NCBI GenBank assembly: GCA_965203175.1
Contig: OZ241867.1
Span: 5,312,001-5,376,000, forward strand
From: Candidatus Latescibacterota bacterium
GTDB lineage: Bacteria > Latescibacterota > UBA2968 > UBA8231
Length of the DNA: 64,000 nt
Direction of reading: 5' to 3'
The notes beneath the pieces are model-generated. The model was given only the letters and a program-made list of their open reading frames with translations, had not been told where the DNA came from and did no database searches. This document shows, piece by piece, positions 56,228 to 64,000 of the stretch. How positions within the stretch are numbered: the first letter of the stretch is position 1; each line of letters begins with the position of its first letter. The position numbers and the translations under genes are program-made.

Positions 56228-58213
56228 TCACCCGTGCAGAATCGGATGCCCCGCGCCTTTAAACCAGATGCAGTCGAGGACAAACGACAGAAAAACCCCG
56301 CAGAAAAACCCGACCACCAGCCCGATAAACAACGGCTTGAGCCGCTGGTAGAGCGCCACGCCGCCGAGACGCAAGATCAACGCCTTGCATGCCCACGCCA
56401 AGAAGACTGAGAACACAATCCGCTTGACCATCCAAGTCGAGGCTACGGCCAATCCCACCGGGTGCAAGGGCCACCACGCGATCCGATAGTGCAAAAACGC
56501 CAACACCAAATAGCCCACCACCCCACTGCCGGCCAAGCCGAGCTTGTCCCAGTCGACGGACGCGGGATTGCGCGTTTGTTCGCCGACCCAGTCAAACGCT
56601 AGGCCGCCCGCACCACCCGCGGCATTGAAAAACCACGAGCGCAGATTGCTCGCCCCGTAGTCGTAGCACAAGTAGATCATAAAGCTGGTAGTCGCGACAA
56701 AGCTGACCACCACCGCCAAGCCAATGGCCAAGGCCAACCCGCCGCTGCGTCGATGCGTGTAGTAGTCGTGCAGCTTGAGCGCGTTGGCTGCCGACGGCAT
56801 AAAGGTGGATTGCACATCGCTGCACCACGCAAAGGTCAGTGCCAGCGCGACCAAATTCTGTGGCCCCAAGGCCGAGCCAGCCGCAGCCACGACCATGCCC
56901 TGAGCGCTCATAGGCGTCGTCAAATAGTGCAGACCCGCTTGTACCACCAGTCGCGTAATGCCCAAAAAGATCGTCAGCGCGGCCGCCAAATAGAAGACCG
57001 CCAAGTGCAGGTCCAAGCCGCTGCGCCACAACCAGCCGAGGATAAAACACAACCCGGCCAATCCACCACCCACGGCGACCCGATAGGAAATCATCTCGTC
57101 GCTGTCGTCGATCTGTCCGGCGCGGCCCAGCGCAGTGCGCCACACGGCCGCGAGGTGACTTCGCGCTATCCACAAGGTCCACCCCACCATCGCCACAAAG
57201 GCTCCCCAAGACTGCCACGACAAGGGCGGCCCGCTGTATACAAACGGGTCGGCGCGCAAATTGAAAAGGCCCATTTCGGTGATCAGGCCCAGTTGCACCA
57301 AGTAGAGCAGATGGAAGAACCAGACGCTGAACGAAATGGCCAGCGGAGCCAGATACATAAACCCCAAGACCGGGAAGTACAGAATCAGGTTGAGGGGCGG
57401 TGCCTGGGGAACTAGGGTAAAGGTCCATTCTTGAAAGACGGGCACTTGCGCCAAGCCGGGGTGAAAATAGCTGGGAACATTGAAGGCGATCAGGCCGAAC
57501 GGAATGGCAAAGCCAATCCAGAAAACACGAGTCTTGAGCACGGGCGGCAACGCCGATCCCGGGGCCTCTTCAGTCAGCATCAAGGCCACTTCAGTCAGGG
57601 GGAAGGTCAGCCGCTCGCGCTCCATCCAATGCCGACGCAGCACCACCACCGAGCACAGGCCGACGAAGTATATGGCCAGCACCAGCAGCAGCCACCACAA
57701 CAGCGGCTCGACCCACGCCCCCCACGGAATGGCCAAGTCTTTGCTCGGCAGGCCCTCGTAGAAAAAGCGCATGGCGTCGTGAGCTGGGTCGGGGATGGCC
57801 CAATCCGGCAGGTAGGGATGGACGTATTCGGCCCACTGGTTGGTCGGGAGCGCGCCGTAATAGGGCTTGGAGATGATGCTGAGAATCAGGCCGACCATGA
57901 AGATGGGCATACCGCTGGCGACCAGCCCCATGATGATGATGGTGATCAGCTCGGCCGCGCTAAGGGCGCGTCTGAGCAGCGCATTGCCCAAGACCAAGAG
58001 AAACAGCGGCGCACCCACGGCAATGGGAAAGTACGACCACGTCATTTCCGACGAGCCGACCATCCATATCGAATAGGGGCTGCCAATACTGATGGCGACG
58101 ACCAACCCTAGGCCGAGCAACATAGACCGCCAACTCAGGCCGGACCCGGGCAATTCCACGAGATAGCGGTCGCTGAGATGGGCGAGGTAATGGGTGGGGA
58201 TTCTCTTTTGCAC
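56228..58213 (-). CDS. Polytopic membrane protein (DUF6785/DUF6784, OPT-like transporter)
   Basis: Many TMs. Motifs AELITI, RRHWMERERLTFPL, WWPLHPVG and LRLGG..LYQR. Confidence 0.75.
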   Translation of the reverse strand: MQKRIPTHYLAHLSDRYLVELPGSGLSWRSMLLGLGLVVAISIGSPYSIWMVGSSEMTWSYFPIAVGAPLFLLVLGNALLRRALSAAELITIIIMGLVASGMPIFMVGLILSIISKPYYGALPTNQWAEYVHPYLPDWAIPDPAHDAMRFFYEGLPSKDLAIPWGAWVEPLLWWLLLVLAIYFVGLCSVVVLRRHWMERERLTFPLTEVALMLTEEAPGSALPPVLKTRVFWIGFAIPFGLIAFNVPSYFHPGLAQVPVFQEWTFTLVPQAPPLNLILYFPVLGFMYLAPLAISFSVWFFHLLYLVQLGLITEMGLFNLRADPFVYSGPPLSWQSWGAFVAMVGWTLWIARSHLAAVWRTALGRAGQIDDSDEMISYRVAVGGGLAGLCFILGWLWRSGLDLHLAVFYLAAALTIFLGITRLVVQAGLHYLTTPMSAQGMVVAAAGSALGPQNLVALALTFAWCSDVQSTFMPSAANALKLHDYYTHRRSGGLALAIGLAVVVSFVATTSFMIYLCYDYGASNLRSWFFNAAGGAGGLAFDWVGEQTRNPASVDWDKLGLAGSGVVGYLVLAFLHYRIAWWPLHPVGLAVASTWMVKRIVFSVFLAWACKALILRLGGVALYQRLKPLFIGLVVGFFCGVFLSFVLDCIWFKGAGHPILHG

Positions 58214-58300
58214 GGGGCGCGCTTCTTGGCAAAATTAACAGGAGGGCAAAAAAGGAGACGGTGCATCAATCGTCAAGGCCGCTCGTAGAAAGGAACTGGT

Positions 58301-59869
58301 ATGCGCGTCGAATTATTTCCCGGTAAGCATTTATTCGTGGACGAGCATCGCATTGAAACGCTTACCGCGGCCAAGCGGGTGCTCAATCAGCCGCAGAAGC
58401 ACCCGCAACCGGTCATGCAGGCCGAACGGCCGTGGGAGCAAAAGGGGATTCACCTCGGCAAAGTCTTGTACGACCGCGACCGCCAGCGCTTTCGCCTGTG
58501 GTACACGGCGCAGGCTGAAACCGTCATTGGCACGCGGGTGCTGGTGCGAGACAATCCGCCCAAAAATGTCCATGAATCGCACATCTGTTACGCCGAGTCG
58601 GCCGATGGGGTACACTGGGAGCGGCCCACCCTCGACATCGTCGAACGCGAGCGCTATCCGGGCAACAACATTTGCCTGCCCTCAATGCGCCCGCCGGGCC
58701 GGACCTTTTTGAGCCACTTAGTCGACGACCCGTTTGCCGACGATCCGCAACAGCGTTTCAAGATGATTTACCTCGACCAAGCGGATGAGGGCGCGGTCGG
58801 CGGCGGCTTAGCCCCGGATCAAAAACTGCGCTTGCACGCGCACTCGGCCGACGGCCTGCACTGGCACTCCTATTCTTGGAAAGAACACCACGTCGCCCGG
58901 CTCTTCGGCGTCTTAGCGTACTTAAGCGAAGTACCCTCTGGCCCCATCGACCCGGACGCCCGCTACATCCTCTACGGGCAGCGCGGCTCTCCGTGGAAGA
59001 CTCGTCAGATTGGCCGCCGCGACAGCAGCGACTTTATCAACTGGAGCGACAACTGGCCAGTGCTAGAAAGCCGCCTAAGCGACACACCTGGGTTGGAGTT
59101 TTACCACATGCAAGGGCCGACTATCAACCAAACGTACGCTGGCCTGCATTTCGGCATGCTCGGCGCGTATTACGCCGACTTGCGGCGCAAGTTCGATCCC
59201 GCGCGCAACGACGGACTAACCGAAAGCCACTTGGCCTTCAGCCGCGATTCCGTGCGCTGGGAGCGCTGGGACGCGCCCTTTATTCCGCGCGGCGAGGCCG
59301 GGGCTTTTGATTGGGGCGGCGTGTATTGCGAATATCCGGCCATCGGCGACGACCAACTCTATTTCATGTACACCGGCGAGAGCACGCGCCACGGCATTCC
59401 CGGTATGCCGAGCTTTGGCTTGGCGACCTTGCGGCTCGATGGGTTTGTCTCGGTTGAAACGATCGGCTTCATGGAGGGGACGCTCGTCACCCGGCCGCAT
59501 CACTGGAATGCGGCTGAGGTGCGGGTCAATGTGCAATCGCCGACGGGCGGGTTGAGGGTGCAGCTTCAGGATGAAACCGGACGGGCGTTCGCCGGCTTTG
59601 GCGCGGAGGATTGCGAACCCATCGTTGACGACGTCCTAGATGCACCCGTGCGCTGGCGCGGATCGGGCGACGTGCGCTCGTTGAGCGGCAAAATGGTCGC
59701 GCTCCAGTTTAGCTTCTTGCCGGAGGACAAGCTGTATTCATATACGTTGCGTGCGGGGAGCTATTCAACAGTTCATCTTGAAGTAGCCGGCAACAACGAA
59801 GCAGTCGGCAGTCGGCGTATGGCCGCGCCGGCTTGCTGGTCAGCGGCAACTAGATCGAACTGCGCCTGA
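58301..59869 (+). CDS. Five-bladed propeller glycoside hydrolase-like hypothetical protein
   Basis: Motifs HLFVD, YAESADGVHWERP, SADGLHW, SRDSVRW and LATLRLDGF. The last ~35 codons overlap higA antisense. Confidence 0.7.
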   Translation: MRVELFPGKHLFVDEHRIETLTAAKRVLNQPQKHPQPVMQAERPWEQKGIHLGKVLYDRDRQRFRLWYTAQAETVIGTRVLVRDNPPKNVHESHICYAESADGVHWERPTLDIVERERYPGNNICLPSMRPPGRTFLSHLVDDPFADDPQQRFKMIYLDQADEGAVGGGLAPDQKLRLHAHSADGLHWHSYSWKEHHVARLFGVLAYLSEVPSGPIDPDARYILYGQRGSPWKTRQIGRRDSSDFINWSDNWPVLESRLSDTPGLEFYHMQGPTINQTYAGLHFGMLGAYYADLRRKFDPARNDGLTESHLAFSRDSVRWERWDAPFIPRGEAGAFDWGGVYCEYPAIGDDQLYFMYTGESTRHGIPGMPSFGLATLRLDGFVSVETIGFMEGTLVTRPHHWNAAEVRVNVQSPTGGLRVQLQDETGRAFAGFGAEDCEPIVDDVLDAPVRWRGSGDVRSLSGKMVALQFSFLPEDKLYSYTLRAGSYSTVHLEVAGNNEAVGSRRMAAPACWSAATRSNCA

Positions 59870-60075
59870 AGGTTCAGCCAGAATTGAGGCTCTATGCCGA
59901 ACCAGTGTCCAAACCGCAAGGCCGTGTCGCCCGTCACTGACCGCTTGCCCGCAATGATCTGGCCAACGCGGTTCGGCGGCACATTGATCTGACGCGCAAA
60001 TGCCGTGGGCGCGATACCCATCCCGTCGAGCTCGTCTTTCAGGACTTCACCAGGATGTACGGCGCGTTTGAGCAT
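59773..60075 (-). CDS. higA: HigA family addiction-module antitoxin, no adjacent toxin
   Basis: Motifs HPGEVL, GKRSVTGDTALR and FWLNLQ. Confidence 0.9.
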   Translation of the reverse strand: MLKRAVHPGEVLKDELDGMGIAPTAFARQINVPPNRVGQIIAGKRSVTGDTALRFGHWFGIEPQFWLNLQAQFDLVAADQQAGAAIRRLPTASLLPATSR

Positions 60076-60142
60076 ATTATCCTACCGCCTTTTCTAAACT
60101 CTTACACAATCAATCTAGTAAGTTGACAGGGTTCTAGTCATC

Positions 60143-60156
60143 TATACATATGTATA
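60143..60156. promoter_or_regulatory. Perfect 14-bp palindrome between divergent higA and methyltransferase
   Basis: TATACATATGTATA, preceded by TTGACA at 60123-60128. Confidence 0.5.
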
Positions 60157-60186
60157 ACTTAATTCAGAATATCGAGAGGTGGTAGC

Positions 60187-61032
60187 ATGAGCACTCTAAC
60201 AGCCGTTGAACCGCCAACATCCATCGAAGATCCCCAGATACTGCACGGTGACTGCCTAGAGGTGATCCAGTCCGGCAGGGTCAAGGCTGAATCGGTCAGT
60301 CTGATTTTCACTTCGCCGCCCTATGCCGATCAAAGAAAGAGCAACTACGGCGGCATTCATCCAGATGATTATGTGGAGTGGTTCTTGCCGAGGGCGGAGG
60401 CACTGAAGAAGAGCCTCAAGCCGGACGGTTCCTTTGTTTTGAACATCAAAGAAAAGGCGGTTGGCGGCCAAAGACACACTTATGTCTTAGAACTTATACT
60501 GGCCCTGAAGAAACAGGGTTGGCTATGGGTTGAGGAATACTGCTGGCACAAGAAGAATTGCTATCCGGGAAAGTGGCCCAATCGGTTTAGAGATTCGTGG
60601 GAGCGTTTGCTGCACTTCACGATCAACAAGAAGTTCAAGATGCGCCAAGAATCCGTGATGGTGCCGATGGGCGACTGGAAGACGGCGCGACTGCGGAATC
60701 TGTCGAAAACCGACTACACTAGAGACGAGTCAAAGAACGATAACGGCTTTGGCAAGAAGGTCGAAAACTGGATTGGGCGCGACATGGCGTACCCGACAAA
60801 TGTCCTGCATCTATCTACAGAGTGTGGCTACAAGGGCCATCCAGCCGCATTCCCACTGTCTCTACCCAACTGGTTCATTCGCCTATTTACTGATCCAGGT
60901 GATATGGTTCTCGATCCTTTCGCCGGTTCGGGCACTGCGCTAGTTGCCGCTAGGGATCTCGACAGGATCAGCATAGGCATTGATACATCTTTGGACTACT
61001 GCGACCTAATGCGCGAGAGGCTGTCAAAATGA
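60187..61032 (+). CDS. Site-specific DNA methyltransferase (beta class, SPPY, likely N4-C), orphan
   Basis: Motifs GDCL, FTSPPY, HPAAFP and LDPFAGSGT. No restriction enzyme adjacent. Confidence 0.92.
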   Translation: MSTLTAVEPPTSIEDPQILHGDCLEVIQSGRVKAESVSLIFTSPPYADQRKSNYGGIHPDDYVEWFLPRAEALKKSLKPDGSFVLNIKEKAVGGQRHTYVLELILALKKQGWLWVEEYCWHKKNCYPGKWPNRFRDSWERLLHFTINKKFKMRQESVMVPMGDWKTARLRNLSKTDYTRDESKNDNGFGKKVENWIGRDMAYPTNVLHLSTECGYKGHPAAFPLSLPNWFIRLFTDPGDMVLDPFAGSGTALVAARDLDRISIGIDTSLDYCDLMRERLSK

Positions 61033-61112
61033 ATCCGGCGGAGGCGGAGACCGATTGCCGTGGGGACAAGAAATGGAGCTTCAAGGGAAAGGCGCGTGGG
61101 GATACCGGGTGC

Positions 61113-61523
61113 TCAGAGCTTGATGACGGCGATAAGGACGCCAGTGATGGTCACCAACGTGCCCATCATCCAAAGGAAATAGATGTCTATACGCTTGTGG
61201 ACGGCGCGAATCTGTTCGCCCAACGAGCGGTTGGTCTCGTCAATGCGGTTGTTGGTCTCGTCAATGCGACTGTTGGTCTCATTTATACGGCCATCCAATG
61301 AGCGGTTGAACTCATGGATCTGTTCGCTTAATGAACGGTTGGTCTCAAGAATTTGTTCGCTCAACGAGCGATTAACCTCGTCTATGCGGTTGTTGACGGC
61401 CCCTATTTGGGTACGCAGGTCTTGACGCAGGTCCTGAATGTCGTCGTGCAGATAGCTAATGACCCAAGGCATTTCTTCGGGCTTGGGGGTCGCACGAGTT
61501 TGGGGGTCAGTGCTTTCGCTCAT
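61113..61523 (-). CDS. Coiled-coil repeat protein with C-terminal TM anchor (DUF1640/Bdr-like)
   Basis: Repeats IDETNNR/IDETNSR and SLSEQIxExNR; C-terminal WMMGTLVTITGVLIAVIKL. Confidence 0.75.
   Translation of the reverse strand: MSESTDPQTRATPKPEEMPWVISYLHDDIQDLRQDLRTQIGAVNNRIDEVNRSLSEQILETNRSLSEQIHEFNRSLDGRINETNSRIDETNNRIDETNRSLGEQIRAVHKRIDIYFLWMMGTLVTITGVLIAVIKL
61222..61395 (-). repeat. Imperfect 21-bp and 33-bp coding tandem repeats
   Basis: GTTGGTCTCGTCAATGCG occurs twice 21 bp apart, plus degenerate 33-bp units. Confidence 0.75.
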
Positions 61524-61751
61524 GGCTGGTTTCCTCAGCGGAAAATATAAATAAACGAAGGACTAAAAACCACCAACAGGTGGCTTCCGCTGCATGTAAT
61601 GCAACATTCATGCCAGCACCGACGGTCACCTTATCGGATGGCTTGTAACCGGCGCAAGCTGTGTCGAACGGTATCCATCAATGCGTTGTTTAGGTACCTT
61701 TGCCGCTTGGGGAATTCGCCCCCTGATGCAATCAAGCACTGCGGGACTTCC

Positions 61752-63746
61752 CTACGGCGTCAGTTGCTCTTCCACGAGCCGCAAAAAGTGCGCCTCCTGT
61801 CCAACTTCTCCTCCCACCAAACGAGCGTATTCCCGCGCATCCTCAACCCGCCCAGCCCAAACCAATTCAAACGCCAACGCCTGAAACAAACTCAACGCAT
61901 AGCGCCGGCGAAAATCCTCGGCCAAAAAAGCGCGCTCCAAGTGCAGCAAGGCCGGATCGCGTTCTTCAAGCAGATGATAGAGCTGGCCCTTGACAAAATC
62001 GACGAAGGACGCGCCCACAGCCGGATCGTGCGCGAGGAACCCCGCCTGTTTCAGCGCGGCTCGCACCTCGTCCCGCTGCTCGTTGGTAAACGCCCTCCCC
62101 TGCATCTTGATGCACCACCCCCACTGCACCGCCGCCCACAACCCGCGCCGCGTAAACGGCACCTCGCGCCGCGCAGCCGCGTAATAAACCTGCGCCCGCG
62201 CGAAATCCCGCTCGGTAAAAAGCTGATCCGCCACCGCTAATACCAATGGCCCCTGCCGCCCCTGCTCAATCCACTGCTTAACGCCGCGCCGTTCCCCCAG
62301 AGACAGCCGCTGCCCCTCCATGGCCGCCAGTTGTTTGAGATAGCGCGCATTGTGCCCATTGTATTGGTGCAAGGGCGCTTGCGCGAGCATCGCCCCCATC
62401 TTGTTGTACGCGACCACGCGCTCCACCGGCAGGTCGCCTAAAGCGCGCCGATACGCCTCCGCACTCCGCAACAATCCCAAGTCAATGTTCTGCAATCTGG
62501 CGACGCTGTGGAGAACAGTCCGCGCCAACAAAGCCTGCCCAGCTACAGAGAAGTGAACGTGATCCACCATCCACTCCCAACCCACGCCCTGCGCGGGCGC
62601 AGCGTCCACAAACGCAGCCTCCACATCCGCCAACACCGCCCCATGCTCTTTGGCGACTGCGCGAATCACAGCATTGTGCGCCGTGGGAGCGCGCCACGGC
62701 ATGGTGTCCAAATCCCGCGCCTTGCGAAAGGCCCGCTGCGCTTGGGCATCCCGTCCCAATCGTTCCAACGCCCGGCCTTGCAAATACCACAACCAAGCGT
62801 GTTCGCTCGAAAGAGCCGCCGCTTGCTCCAATTGCTGCAGCGCATCCTCAGCATCCTCCGGCGCAACGTAACCCCGCGTCAATGCCTGCGCCGCTTGCTC
62901 CACCTGCGCCTCCCACACCTCATCCCCCTCCGTCGATCCCACCGGCGCAAATCCCGCGTCATTCGCCACAATAGTACACAGCACTAAGGGCACCTGCGCT
63001 CGCTCGCAGAGCTGACTGACGCGCCGCAAATTGCCGCGCAAATTCTGCTCCGCCGTCGTTCGACCAGAGCCGTGCAACGGCACCTCGCCGCGCGCAGCCG
63101 CCATTTTTATCAAATCCGTCGGCTCGTCCCTAGTCCCAATACCCCCTATCAACTCATCCACCAGATGCGTCAAATGCAGTTGCCGCAAAAAGTACTGTAG
63201 CCGCTGATGCCGCCCGGCCCCGTACAACCCATAGAATTCATTGTGCCCGGTATAGACGACGACCAGATCCGGCGACAGCACCAACGCATCTTCTACCACT
63301 TGCGCCACCGCAAAGCTGGCAATAGACGTGATCCCCAAATTGACAACCTCCACCTCCCGCTCCGGCCAAGCATCCGCCAGCATCGCCTGCAAAAAAGACG
63401 CCGCGGCCAAACGTCGCGGATGGGGAAAACCCTGCACCGTGGAAGCCCCGACAAACACGACGCGATAGCGGTTTGCTGGCGCAGGTCCTACAAAGAAGTG
63501 CTCGCCCATCTGCCCCGCTGCGGCCAGCCGGCCTTTGTACTGCGTGAAAAATCGCTGCGCATAAAACCGACTCGTCGCGTGCAGCGATTCACCAGTCGCC
63601 TCATCCTCGGCCAAAGTCACTACCAACGGCGACGGCCCCAATCCCGGCACGAGCCGCAGCAAGCCTTCGCCCACCACCACCAAGGCCGCACCAACTACCA
63701 AGGTCGCCAAACGAAAAAGCCAGACTCTATTCGTCGCTGCCATCAC
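61752..63746 (-). CDS. Membrane-anchored SGNH/GDSL-like + TPR protein
   Basis: Motifs GAST, NLG, YTGHNE and DHVH, plus TPR-like WYLQGRALERLG. Confidence 0.8.
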   Translation of the reverse strand: MMAATNRVWLFRLATLVVGAALVVVGEGLLRLVPGLGPSPLVVTLAEDEATGESLHATSRFYAQRFFTQYKGRLAAAGQMGEHFFVGPAPANRYRVVFVGASTVQGFPHPRRLAAASFLQAMLADAWPEREVEVVNLGITSIASFAVAQVVEDALVLSPDLVVVYTGHNEFYGLYGAGRHQRLQYFLRQLHLTHLVDELIGGIGTRDEPTDLIKMAAARGEVPLHGSGRTTAEQNLRGNLRRVSQLCERAQVPLVLCTIVANDAGFAPVGSTEGDEVWEAQVEQAAQALTRGYVAPEDAEDALQQLEQAAALSSEHAWLWYLQGRALERLGRDAQAQRAFRKARDLDTMPWRAPTAHNAVIRAVAKEHGAVLADVEAAFVDAAPAQGVGWEWMVDHVHFSVAGQALLARTVLHSVARLQNIDLGLLRSAEAYRRALGDLPVERVVAYNKMGAMLAQAPLHQYNGHNARYLKQLAAMEGQRLSLGERRGVKQWIEQGRQGPLVLAVADQLFTERDFARAQVYYAAARREVPFTRRGLWAAVQWGWCIKMQGRAFTNEQRDEVRAALKQAGFLAHDPAVGASFVDFVKGQLYHLLEERDPALLHLERAFLAEDFRRRYALSLFQALAFELVWAGRVEDAREYARLVGGEVGQEAHFLRLVEEQLTP

Positions 63747-63999
63747 GCCTCGGCTTCCCCATCATTGCGTGCACCCTCTCCAATGCCGCGTATATATCCT
63801 CGCGCGGTGCCGCCACCACAGCCTGTTCGAGAACCTCGGCCGCCTGCTGATATTGCCCCAACCCCACATAGACGCCGGCCACATTGCTCCACACGTCAGC
63901 GCGTTCCCGCTCGTGCTCCAACACGTTCAGGAGGATGGGCAACGCGCCGCGCAAATCGCCGCGCATCGCTCGCAATGAGCCGAGATTGAACCAAGCCTG
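63727..63999 (-). CDS. TPR-containing protein, C-terminal part (5' end beyond window)
   Basis: Frame open to the window edge: QAWFNLGSLR...VWSNVAGVYVGLGQYQQA. Confidence 0.7.
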   Translation of the reverse strand, partial: QAWFNLGSLRAMRGDLRGALPILLNVLEHERERADVWSNVAGVYVGLGQYQQAAEVLEQAVVAAPREDIYAALERVHAMMGKPRRDGSDE

Positions 64000-64000
64000 C

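Noticed and set aside
60187-61301. Complete type II restriction-modification system
   Set aside because: The ORF after the methylase (61029-61301) is mostly the antisense shadow of the repeat gene and has no nuclease motif.

Overview
GC-rich bacterial DNA. The gene content (two PhyH and one TauD dioxygenase, a DUF6785-type membrane protein, many PQQ-like propellers, many TA modules) resembles Latescibacterota/Poribacteria-type marine or sponge bacteria; that assignment is inference. The dominant feature is a mostly co-directional, translationally coupled, uncharacterised cluster at about 7.36-52.3 kb. It holds eight signal-peptide-bearing PQQ/BamB-like beta-propeller proteins (four in a diversifying tandem array), an EhpF/GriC-like truncated adenylating enzyme, an ALDH lacking the general-base Glu, an Fe-ADH, a HemN-like radical SAM enzyme, a TonB receptor, a PaaK-like ligase, a flavin-dependent halogenase-type enzyme, a DUF3311/sodium:solute symporter pair, a CxxC-bearing GT4, a DMT protein, a hotdog thioesterase and a LolD/FtsX-type ABC exporter. 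No NRPS, PKS, ACP or pqq genes are present. Three accessory blocks split the cluster. They carry TA modules and remnants (AbiEi plus an AbiEii pseudogene, PIN pair, DUF433), a HEPN-motif protein, a 1286-aa nuclease-STAND NTPase defence candidate and a LysR-linked archaeal-type short PurA. The flanks encode an M81 peptidase-Hyi-TauD operon, Xre-RES TA, AcuI, CbiZ-CbiB cobinamide salvage, an orphan HigA, an orphan DNA methyltransferase and TPR proteins. I saw no rRNA, tRNA, CRISPR array, integrase or transposase. All family calls come from motif recognition, not database searches.
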